Assembly: GCA_963842215.1 (NCBI GenBank)
Contig: CAWJFQ010000001.1
Span: 1,297,941 to 1,361,940 of the forward strand
Direction of reading: 5' to 3'
Length of the DNA stretch: 64,000 nucleotides
Origin: an uncultured delta proteobacterium
GTDB lineage: Bacteria > Desulfobacterota > Binatia > Binatales > Binataceae
Shown here: positions 9,216 to 17,464 of the stretch, one piece after another
Layout: every line of letters begins with the position of its first letter
Numbering within the stretch: position 1 is the first letter of the stretch
The notes under the pieces: model-generated
What the model saw: the letters and a program-made list of their open reading frames with translations, nothing else
The model's database searches: none
Told to the model about the DNA's origin: nothing
Translations under genes and position numbers: made by a program

Positions 9216-11649
9216 GTAGATGCCCTTGTAGCTCTTTCAACATCTCCTGTACCTGTGGATTATCCGGCTCGAGCTGATCGAGGCGCTCCGCATACCTCAG
9301 CGCCTTGGCGCGATCGCCTGACTGCTCCAGGAAGCTCACCAACGCGTTAAGCGAATCGACATCATAAGGATGCGTTTTGATCGAGCTTTCCAGCGTCTCG
9401 ATTGCCGCGGCTGTGCGACCGGCACCGTTTAGCGCGACCGCATACACGTAAACATACCGCGCATTACCCGGCTCGCCGCGCGCCGCGGCGCCGAGCAGAT
9501 CGAGCGCTTGCGCGCCGCGCTTTTGACGCACCATCAACAGACCGAGTGCGTGCTCGAGCGACGCGTCGCTCGGCGCCCGAATGAGAGCGTCCTTGAGCAC
9601 GCGCTCGCCTTCATCGTCGCGATTCTGTGCGCGATATATGTCTGCGAGGTTGACCGCTGCCGGGGCGAAGCTTGGCTCGAGCGATAGAGCTATCTTTAGT
9701 TCCGCCTCCGCCTTGACGAAATGATTCTCCCTCGCATACAACAATCCCAAATTCAGATGTGCCTCGGGGCGGTCCGCATTCAACTCCTGAGCGTTGATAT
9801 ATTCCTCGGTGGAACGACTGAATTCAGCCGCAACGTCGGCTGGCAAACTCTCGGCAGCCAAGCCAGCCAGCACTTCCGCCGCTTCGATCCGGACGGCTCG
9901 AACCGGATCGCCCAGCAGCGGCGCCAATACGCCCGCGCTGGCGACCGGATCGGAATTTGACAACGCGTGAGCGGCGGCACGTCTCACCAGCGCCGACTCG
10001 TCCTCGACCCCGCCGCGCACCGCGGCGTCGCTCGCAGCCGGAGCATATCCCGCCAGCATCGAGAGCGCGGTAGCGCGAGCGATTGCGGGCTGCTCGCCAT
10101 CGACGACCAATCGCTCAAGCGATTGCTGCGCGCCGGGCGCGCCCGCCGACCCGGCATTCAGTATCTCCGCGAAGCGTTGGAAGCCATCGGGTGTATGGCC
10201 GTACCATTTATTCACCGAGTCCATCGCCCATTGGGCGGACTTGTCCGCGTGACAATTGGTGCACGCGTTGGGAGTGCCAAGCTTAACCGACAAGTCGGGC
10301 CGCGGAATCCGAATACTATGATCGCGTCGCGGATCGACAACCATATACGTCCGCGTCGGCATGTGACACTCGACGCATCGCGCACCCGAAGATCCGACAG
10401 TGTGGAAATGATGCTTCGGTGAATCGTACTTCTGCGCCGAATGACATTGCGCGCAAAGGTTGTTTCCATCCGCTCGAAGCTTGGAACTGTGCGGCTCGTG
10501 GCAATCGCTGCAGGTCACGCCTGCGTGGAACATCCGGCTCTGAATGAAGGAGCCGTATTCGTAGTCTTCCTCCTTTATCTGCCCGTCAGGAAAATAGTGG
10601 TCTTCATCGAGCAGCGCGACGCGATAATCGTCATCGACCGGCTGGCCATGCACGTAGTCCTCGTAAATCTCGCCGCGCCGCGCGTGACATCTTGCGCACA
10701 TCTGAATCTCCCGCTCCGATTGCCGCGGAGAACTACGCCGCGCATTGCCGGTGGCTGGATTTATTGGCCACGCAACAGCTTTGCGCTCATCAAGTGCGAT
10801 CAACAGCCCCTCAGTGGCATCGAATTTCCGCCAATCGCCCTCCTTCTTGGCCCACGCCACGTGCTCGGAACCCGGTCCGTGACAAGCCTCGCACGCCACA
10901 TCAATCTCCGCGTACGAAGTGGAGAACGTTCGCGTGCGAGCATCGTAGTTCTTGCGCAGGTTGGTCGAATGGCAATCGGCGCACATATAATTCCAGTTCT
11001 GATCGATGCCGGTCCAATGCCGAGAGTCCCGCGCGGTTATCTTTTCGCCAGGATAAAGAGCGAACCAATGGTGTCCGCCGCGCTCGGGAGGGCGGCTGTC
11101 CCATGCGATTCCGAGTGCCTGCAGGCGTCCGCCCGACATCCCGATGAGATACTGCTGCAGCGGATATAGTCCGAACGTAAATTCAATCTCGTAGTCGTGA
11201 ACCGATCCGTCAGGCCCATCCGTTCGAACCATGAATTTCGAACCGCTGCGAAAGAAGGCCGATGTGACGCCATTGTGGTTGAAGGTCGCATTGTTGAAAT
11301 CGCCCAGGACTGTTAAATCTGATGCCGGCTGCATCGCCAATTCATGGTGCGATCCGCGCCAGCGAGCATTCTCCTGCTCATGACAGGTCGCACATTCAGC
11401 GGATCCGACGAAGGTCGCGCTGAGCATCGGGAGTTTTGTCAACGCAGGTAAAAGAGGCTTGGATTTACGCATCAGTCGCGGCAGAAATTGCACACCGACA
11501 ATGGACATAACCAAAATAGCTAGCACCCAGGCGATGAGCGCAGGTCCACGACGCAAGGTTGCCACGCCTCGCGACGGTTGCGCTCTCGCCGCACTCTTTC
11601 CGCTACCAGCTTGGTTCCGGATCTTTTTCTTTTTGCTCAACGGTGTCAC
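9208..11649 (-). CDS. Membrane-anchored octahaem c-type cytochrome fused to HEAT-like and TPR repeats
   Basis: 813 aa with an N-terminal TM anchor. Eight CxxCH motifs: CATCH, CADCH, CEACH, CARCH, CSDCH, CAQCH, CVECH, CTNCH. HEAT-like repeats (VRRAAAHAL, VRAVRIEAAEVL) and TPR repeats fill the C-terminal third. Confidence 0.8.
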   Translation of the reverse strand: MTPLSKKKKIRNQAGSGKSAARAQPSRGVATLRRGPALIAWVLAILVMSIVGVQFLPRLMRKSKPLLPALTKLPMLSATFVGSAECATCHEQENARWRGSHHELAMQPASDLTVLGDFNNATFNHNGVTSAFFRSGSKFMVRTDGPDGSVHDYEIEFTFGLYPLQQYLIGMSGGRLQALGIAWDSRPPERGGHHWFALYPGEKITARDSRHWTGIDQNWNYMCADCHSTNLRKNYDARTRTFSTSYAEIDVACEACHGPGSEHVAWAKKEGDWRKFDATEGLLIALDERKAVAWPINPATGNARRSSPRQSEREIQMCARCHARRGEIYEDYVHGQPVDDDYRVALLDEDHYFPDGQIKEEDYEYGSFIQSRMFHAGVTCSDCHEPHSSKLRADGNNLCAQCHSAQKYDSPKHHFHTVGSSGARCVECHMPTRTYMVVDPRRDHSIRIPRPDLSVKLGTPNACTNCHADKSAQWAMDSVNKWYGHTPDGFQRFAEILNAGSAGAPGAQQSLERLVVDGEQPAIARATALSMLAGYAPAASDAAVRGGVEDESALVRRAAAHALSNSDPVASAGVLAPLLGDPVRAVRIEAAEVLAGLAAESLPADVAAEFSRSTEEYINAQELNADRPEAHLNLGLLYARENHFVKAEAELKIALSLEPSFAPAAVNLADIYRAQNRDDEGERVLKDALIRAPSDASLEHALGLLMVRQKRGAQALDLLGAAARGEPGNARYVYVYAVALNGAGRTAAAIETLESSIKTHPYDVDSLNALVSFLEQSGDRAKALRYAERLDQLEPDNPQVQEMLKELQGHLHG

Positions 11650-11803
11650 TCTTGAAAATCGAGCGTGATATGCTGCCGGTTTTGCGATCCCCCGTTTGAA
11701 TCATCAAATGAGGCATCGTGTCGAGCTAAAGTTCGATTGCTCGGATCCATCAGGACTCCTACCATTTCACTGCATTTCGCAGTAATACGTCGTGGGAGAA
11801 AGG

Positions 11804-12505
11804 ATGGCGCCAACCGCAAAAAACTGGATCAGATCTCGGACTGGCATCCGGCTAGACGGGTCGGAAATCAAAACAGGTGCAACCACAGAATGCATAAGGG
11901 TTGCGATAATCGAGGATGAGGAGCCGATGCGGCAGGCTCTCGCCTTCCAGCTCGGCACCGCCGGCTTCGAGGTTATCGCCTACGCCACCGCAGAAGAACT
12001 TCTCGAAGCTGAAGATTCGCAGAAATTTGATTGTGTCGTGGCCGACATCTATCTGCCAGGAATGAATGGTCTTCAACTGCAGGCGGAACTCAACCGTACC
12101 GTTCCCTACGCCTCGATCGTCTTCATCACCGGTCATGGCGAACTGTCGATGGGAATGCATGCGATGAGGAAAGGCGCAGTGGATTTCCTCGAAAAGCCGG
12201 TTGACGATCAAGTTCTATTGGACTCGATAGCTCGCGGCGCTGAACTTTCGCGCAGCCGCCGCGCCGAGCATGTCAAACGGATGGAATTAGAAGAACGTCG
12301 AGACTCTCTTACTCGCCGCGAACGCGAGACCTTCACGCTGATAACCACCGGTTTGCTGAACAAGCAGGTCGGCGCCGAATTGGGAACCACCGAACGGACC
12401 ATCAAGGCTCATCGCTCGAGTATAATGAACAAAATGGGCGCCAGCTCGCTGGCCGACCTGGTACGCATGGCGGAAATTCTGCAGATTCACTCCGCTCCCA
12501 AGTGA
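11804..12505 (+). CDS. Response regulator, receiver + LuxR/GerE HTH (FixJ/NarL class)
   Basis: Receiver domain: VAIIEDEEP, VVADIYLPGMNG, FLEKP. HTH domain: LTRRERETFTLITTGLLNKQVGAELGTTERTIKAHRSSIMNKMG. ATG 11804 (GGGAGAAAGG upstream) is preferred over GTG 11792. Confidence 0.85.
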   Translation: MAPTAKNWIRSRTGIRLDGSEIKTGATTECIRVAIIEDEEPMRQALAFQLGTAGFEVIAYATAEELLEAEDSQKFDCVVADIYLPGMNGLQLQAELNRTVPYASIVFITGHGELSMGMHAMRKGAVDFLEKPVDDQVLLDSIARGAELSRSRRAEHVKRMELEERRDSLTRRERETFTLITTGLLNKQVGAELGTTERTIKAHRSSIMNKMGASSLADLVRMAEILQIHSAPK

Positions 12506-12524
12506 GCTGAGGACGGCACCTTGG

Positions 12525-13919
12525 TCAGACCGCGCGCTTCGATGTGCTGGCTCGTTTTGTTTCTGCGAGCGGAAGAGTGAAGGTGAAGGTAGCACCGCGG
12601 TCGGAATTCGGCGATGACCAGATTCTGCCCCCATGACCTTCCACTATCGATCGGGTGACCAGTAGTCCCAAACCCATTCCTTCGCTTTTGGTCGTAACAA
12701 ATGGCTCAAACAGCCGGTTCGCGACGGCAGCATCAATGCCCTTGCCGCTATCGGTGACGCTGACGCCGACCCACCCGGCCTTCTCGGGCGCCACTTTGAT
12801 TGTTACCCCGCGCGGACCAGACTTGGCTTCGGCGATTGAGTCGAATGCGTTCATGAGCAAATTCAGCATGCACTGCTGGAGCTGGATACTGTCGCCGAGG
12901 ACTCGTTGCACGGAAGGCGAAATCTGAGTTTGCACGGAGATCTTCCGCACCGCGGCCTCTCCAGCAGTCAGCTTCACAACTTCGCCGATCAAAGTGCCGA
13001 TGCCGACCACCGTTTTTTTCTCCACATGTCGTTTGAACATGAAGCGGATCCGCCGTACGATCTCAGCCGTCCGTTTGGTGTCTTCGATCGCACTGTTAAC
13101 CGCTTCCGTGGCCATGGCGGGCTGCGGATTTCCCTGGGCAAGCAAGCGCGCAACACCACCGAGGTTGCTTAATATAGCCCCAAGGGGCTGGTTGATTTCA
13201 TGCGACAGTGAGGCAACCAGTTCGCTCATCAGGTTGCGGCGCGTCGCAACCCTGAGCTCGCTTTGAACTGCGCGAATGGCTATCTCGGATTGCTTGCGCT
13301 CGATCGCGCATCCAAACAGGCGCACGGCGAGCGCCAGATGACCCAGCAGCTCGGACGGCCATTCCCGAGCCGAGCGGAACTTGCCAAAGCTCGCGGCACC
13401 GATGACACGCCCACCAGCCCACATCGGGATCACAGCAGAAGCCTTCGGTCCATATCGCTCCACGACCGGCCTGATCTCTGCCAGCTCTTCTGGAATATCG
13501 CTGAGACGTGCGAACGTAAGCTGATTGCCCTGGAAGACCCAGTTGGTGGTTTCCCGGAAGAGCTTCTCCGGATCATAGCGCCGGGGAAAAGGCGGGAAAT
13601 TCAGACGAAGCCACGTATGCGTCACGCGTACCGGGTCGCTCGGCGAGTTGCGCTCATATACGGCGCTCCTGTCGAGATCCAACGCTTCGCAGATCTTGCC
13701 GAGCCAGGAGTCGATTTCACGGTCGACGGCGTCGGCCGGCACCCGCGCCATCGCGGCCGATAGTTCCACCACCAACGATTCAAAGCGCTTGGTCTCCCGC
13801 CGCTTGCGGTCTGCAAGCGAGATCCTCTGAAGCTTCGGTTCTATAGTGCTGGTCGCTCGTCGTCGCATCGGAAGAAATTGCAGATCGGGGGAATATCGCG
13901 GACCTGAACGACGGTCCAC
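12525..13919 (-). CDS. Cytoplasmic sensor histidine kinase with GAF-like input domain
   Basis: 464 aa with no TM segment. H-box LSHEINQPLGAI, N box LLMNAFDS, G boxes DSGKGI and GMGLGL. Confidence 0.85.
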   Translation of the reverse strand: MDRRSGPRYSPDLQFLPMRRRATSTIEPKLQRISLADRKRRETKRFESLVVELSAAMARVPADAVDREIDSWLGKICEALDLDRSAVYERNSPSDPVRVTHTWLRLNFPPFPRRYDPEKLFRETTNWVFQGNQLTFARLSDIPEELAEIRPVVERYGPKASAVIPMWAGGRVIGAASFGKFRSAREWPSELLGHLALAVRLFGCAIERKQSEIAIRAVQSELRVATRRNLMSELVASLSHEINQPLGAILSNLGGVARLLAQGNPQPAMATEAVNSAIEDTKRTAEIVRRIRFMFKRHVEKKTVVGIGTLIGEVVKLTAGEAAVRKISVQTQISPSVQRVLGDSIQLQQCMLNLLMNAFDSIAEAKSGPRGVTIKVAPEKAGWVGVSVTDSGKGIDAAVANRLFEPFVTTKSEGMGLGLLVTRSIVEGHGGRIWSSPNSDRGATFTFTLPLAETKRASTSKRAV

Positions 13920-14077
13920 AAAAATACCGTCGGGACGGAATACGATCCTCTCGCTTGCGCACCATATATAGAGAGCAGCTTTGAAGCGAGACTTTAAAAC
14001 GTCTTGACGCCAAAGAGAACTCGAGGTAACGAAATCTTCTGGGAAACTAATTGAAGGTACAGCGCGGTCGATGGCGC

Positions 14078-14470
14078 TTAGTGCGGTAAATTCGTCTGTC
14101 CCGGCAGCGCCTTCCTAATCGCTCGCAGTAGGCTTTTTTCATCGAAGGGCTTCAGCAAGCTGGCAATCGGGTTCGCCTCGCGCATCGCCTTCCTGGTTTG
14201 CTGATCGTCGCGGCCGCTGATCAGAATCGTCGGCAAGTGTCGTCCTGAGGCAGCCATCTTGCGGCAGAGTGCAATCCCGGTCATCCCCGGCATGTAGACG
14301 TCGAGGAGCAGGCACGCGTCGCCGGTCGGCATCTCGCCGGCCAGGAAATCTTCTGCGCTCTCAAAGTCCAACACGTTGAATCCCAATATCTGCAGCTGCC
14401 GTCGCAGGGCGCGACGGATCGACGTGTCGTCATCTACCACGATTATTGTCGCCGTCGATTTATTCCACAA
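14078..14470 (-). CDS. Stand-alone response-regulator receiver protein
   Basis: 130 aa: IIVVDDD, LLLDVYMPGMTG, LLKPF. TTG start. Confidence 0.85.
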   Translation of the reverse strand: MWNKSTATIIVVDDDTSIRRALRRQLQILGFNVLDFESAEDFLAGEMPTGDACLLLDVYMPGMTGIALCRKMAASGRHLPTILISGRDDQQTRKAMREANPIASLLKPFDEKSLLRAIRKALPGQTNLPH

Positions 14471-14555
14471 CTAACGATACCCGTGCGCAGGAGACTGATC
14501 CGCCGGTCACTATGCGCGCACGTCATATTGTGCATCGCGCGCCCGCTGGTCGGCC

Positions 14556-14599
14556 ATTGTACCAAAGTACAATATCTCTCCCCCTAAAAATGGGCGATT
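14556..14599. promoter_or_regulatory. Candidate operator/promoter module, copy 2: ATTGTAC-CAAA-GTACAAT plus conserved downstream block
   Basis: 7-bp perfect arms at 14556-14562 and 14567-14573. Same orientation and internal spacing as copy 1. Lies between the receiver gene (start 14470, minus strand) and the lipoprotein gene (14744, plus strand). Confidence 0.5.
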
Positions 14600-14624
14600 C
14601 TTGCCGTCGGGTGAGAGCACAAAC

Positions 14625-14642
14625 GTGGTACGCCATTCGCAG
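14625..14642 (+). promoter_or_regulatory. Sigma-54-like promoter candidate GTGGTACGCCATTCGCAG
   Basis: GG at 14627-28 and GC at 14639-40 have the canonical 12-nt offset. Compare TGGCACG-N4-TTGCA: there are two mismatches (TGGTAC, TCGCA). About 50 nt downstream of the end of the copy-2 palindrome and about 100 nt upstream of ATG 14744. Confidence 0.3.
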
Positions 14643-14743
14643 CAGTCAGGTTACAAAGCGCTCGAGCGAAAAGCGCTGGCAGTCCGACATTTAAGTGCGC
14701 CGCTTCACAATCGGCAGTGAAAGAAACGAACGGCCAAGGAGAA

Positions 14744-15595
14744 ATGATCATCAATTCTAGAACGATGACGCGCACGACGAGCTTTCTGTCGGCTATGCTC
14801 GCGGGGTTTGTGCTGGTGGGATGCGGCGGTCAATCAAGCGCGCCCGAACCGAGCCAGGGCGCGCAGGCCCCGATCCAGCAGCCTGCGCCGCCGCCGATGA
14901 CAAGCATGCAACCAGCTCAACCTGGTGCGTCTGGCGGCGAGTACGAAGAACCGCCGGTCATCAACGTGTCCGACCTGATGCCTGCAACTGCGCTTTCGGG
15001 ACCGGGATTTTCCGTTCAACCGCAGGTGCCTACCAACGGCGCAATGGGGCAGTACACTATCGTCGCCGATCAGTCAGTGTTTGGCGACGACGCAGGCACC
15101 TACTACGTCGAAAGCCTCGATATGTTGAAGCTGCGCCTGTCCGAGATACCCGCGATAGCCCAGCTCGACAGCATGAGCAACACCGGCGTGTTCGCGCAGG
15201 CGCTAGCCTCGAGCGCTGTGCGTCCTGTGACAGCCGCCACAAACATGGTCATGCATCCGATGGATACCGTCACCGGGCTGCCTGGGGGAATCGGGGATTT
15301 GTTCGGCCGTGTCAGTATGGGCGCGGGAGAAATAGCCTCGTCCGCAACGAACTCCTTCGGCAGCGGTAAAGCCGCCGGTCAAGCCGGCAACGCCACGCTT
15401 ACAGCGTTGGGCTACGACCAGATGCGTCGACAGCTGGCGCATAAGCTGCACGTCGATCCCTACAGCTCCGATCCGATTCTCACCAAGAAGCTTAACCATG
15501 CTGCCTGGGTCATGTTCTCGGCCCGCATGACAGTCGATGCGGCGATGATGGCGGTGCCAGGCTCCCTGAATCATCACAGGTGTAACGTTCACTAA
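14744..15595 (+). CDS. Hypothetical lipoprotein, 5' fragment of a frameshifted gene
   Basis: Lipobox FVLVGC. The ORF stops at TAA 15593, but the +1 frame is open from 15570 and runs into ORF 15714..16109. Start is ATG 14744 or 14765; the ORF track gives GTG 14717. Confidence 0.6.
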   Translation: MIINSRTMTRTTSFLSAMLAGFVLVGCGGQSSAPEPSQGAQAPIQQPAPPPMTSMQPAQPGASGGEYEEPPVINVSDLMPATALSGPGFSVQPQVPTNGAMGQYTIVADQSVFGDDAGTYYVESLDMLKLRLSEIPAIAQLDSMSNTGVFAQALASSAVRPVTAATNMVMHPMDTVTGLPGGIGDLFGRVSMGAGEIASSATNSFGSGKAAGQAGNATLTALGYDQMRRQLAHKLHVDPYSSDPILTKKLNHAAWVMFSARMTVDAAMMAVPGSLNHHRCNVH

Positions 15596-15713
15596 CGATC
15601 TCGTCTATCAAACGCCGAGAGCCGACCTCATCATTCTAGTTCAAAAGAAACTGAAGAGCTTCGGGCTATCGCAGGAAGAAATCGTAGCCTTCAGCAGCAA
15701 CACCGCGGTTCCA

Positions 15714-16109
15714 TTGAGCCTGCAGGTTGACGCGGTCAAAGACCTGGATGCGCTGGGCAACATTCCGGGACGTCGCGCGGCGGCGGTGGCTATCGGCAAC
15801 ATGATGACGGAGTACCAGGCGCGCTTTCTGGTGACGTCGCTGCATATGCTCGATGAGTGGGGCCAGCAAAGAAGTCCAATTACCGGGATTCAAGCTCCCG
15901 GTATTCTGATCGCGCACGACCAGAATGGCGCCGTGATATTGCCCGCGCCGGTCGACTACTTATCGTGGACCCAGCGGATCGCGGGCTTTGCAACCGATCC
16001 TCATTTGATGGGCATGCAGAATCGTGTGCTGTGGATCACCGGCAAAATGACGCCGCTCGCACGCCAGCAACTTGCAGCCAACGGCTGGTCGGTGCGCGAA
16101 GGTGAATAA
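15714..16109 (+). CDS. 3' fragment of the same frameshifted lipoprotein gene
   Basis: ORF-track TTG start at 15714. The frame is open 48 codons further upstream (from 15570). That stretch reads as protein-like sequence, IITGVTFTNDLVYQTPRADLIILVQKKLKSFGLSQEEIVAF, with no ATG or GTG. Confidence 0.55.
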   Translation: MSLQVDAVKDLDALGNIPGRRAAAVAIGNMMTEYQARFLVTSLHMLDEWGQQRSPITGIQAPGILIAHDQNGAVILPAPVDYLSWTQRIAGFATDPHLMGMQNRVLWITGKMTPLARQQLAANGWSVREGE

Positions 16110-16137
16110 ATAATCCAATCGGAAACTAGGATCGAAA

Positions 16138-16586
16138 TTGTGCCAGGAGATCGTTTCGATGCTCGGTTTAAAAGTTAGATACTTCGGAATCGCACTCTTG
16201 CTCTGCTCATTTGTCACCGTTTCATTCGCGCGCACGGCATCAGCAGACGACAAGAAGCCGAACATAGTCATGCTCATGACGGACGACACCGGCTGGAACG
16301 ACTTCAGGACCTACGGTGGTGGCGCGAACCTCGAGTCGAATGCGAAGGGAGACAAGCCGTTCTTCATGGATGTCAATTTCACGAAGATGCACAATCCGAA
16401 CATTCCGGCCAAGGCTTTCATCGGCAAGTTACGGAGTTTGACAAATCCGTCGTGGATTTTCCGAACATCAAACGATTTCCCGGCGTAGCGTCGAACGATG
16501 TGGTTCCGAATCTTCAGCATCCGGGGAACCCAGCGTTTTTGATGGATATCAAGCAGTTCGTCCAAACCATAGGCGCGGCCGACTAG
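16138..16586 (+). pseudogene. Arylsulfatase remnant (internal deletions plus frame change)
   Basis: The signal peptide and DDKKPNIVMLMTDDTGWNDF match a sulfatase N-terminus. After about 55 aa the sequence jumps to GDKPFFMDVNFTKMHNPN, which matches SDGKPFFIWHNTTRMH at about residue 255 of the neighbouring full-length sulfatase. The catalytic Cys region is therefore missing. A further frame change gives EFDKSVVDFPNIKRFPGVASNDVVPNLQHPGNPAFLMDIKQFVQTIGAAD, stopping at 16584-16586. Confidence 0.65.
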
Positions 16587-16657
16587 CCGCATGCCCGAGG
16601 GGAATCAGAGTAGCAATCCGTTCTCGCAGCAGAGCGACGAACGATTCGGAGGAGAAA

Positions 16658-17425
16658 ATGACTCAGGAAGGCAAACACGTAAGGAACGCGATGGGATTGC
16701 TGACTATTTTGCTCGCTGGACTATTGTTAGCGGGTTGTTCGCAGACCGTCGCGCCGTCACCGGACATCGTCCAACGCGCGACCGGGGAAACGCCGGCACC
16801 ACCACCGCCGACGGGATTTCTGGGCAACGACTACTCGTTGCTTACGCCGCCGGCCGAAGGAACCGACCAAAAGGCGATGCTTCGCTACGTTAATCCCAAC
16901 GCTAACTGGAGCAGCTACAACAAGGTCATGATCGCTCCCGTTACGTATTGGGCAAATGACGATTCCAAGTTATCCGCGGCCGACCAGCAAGCCCTTTGCG
17001 ACTACATGTACACCGTTTTGCAGAAGGACCTAGGAAAGACTTTTGTCATCGTCAATGAACCTGGTCCGGGGGTTATCAAAGTCTCAGCCGCTCTCACTGA
17101 TGCAACGTCTGCGGTTCCCGTCTTGCGTTCTATATCAGTAGTAGTACCGCAGGCTCGAGCGGTTAGTTTGATCAAGATGGTTGCCACCGGCACCTACGCA
17201 TTCGTCGGTTCGGCTCAGGGTGCCGTCAAGCTGAACGATTCTGTTACGGGGCAGCTATTGGCCGCTGCGGTCGACAAGCGGGTCGGCGGAACAGCAGTCA
17301 CCAACGTGACGGTGTGGCAATGGGGTGATGCGGAACACGCTATGGACTATTGGGGCAACCTAATCGATCAGCGCCTGGTTTCGTTCGGTGTTCAACCCTC
17401 GAGCTCGGCTACTGCCTCCAATTGA
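16658..17425 (+). CDS. DUF3313-type lipoprotein (paralogue of 5541..6284)
   Basis: 255 aa with lipobox LLLAGC. Same conserved blocks as 5541..6284. The RBS context CGGAGGAGAAAATGA is also shared with the paralogue. Confidence 0.7.
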   Translation: MTQEGKHVRNAMGLLTILLAGLLLAGCSQTVAPSPDIVQRATGETPAPPPPTGFLGNDYSLLTPPAEGTDQKAMLRYVNPNANWSSYNKVMIAPVTYWANDDSKLSAADQQALCDYMYTVLQKDLGKTFVIVNEPGPGVIKVSAALTDATSAVPVLRSISVVVPQARAVSLIKMVATGTYAFVGSAQGAVKLNDSVTGQLLAAAVDKRVGGTAVTNVTVWQWGDAEHAMDYWGNLIDQRLVSFGVQPSSSATASN

Positions 17426-17464
17426 AAAAAGACACGACGAACAGATACAGGTAGGAGGGCTTTA

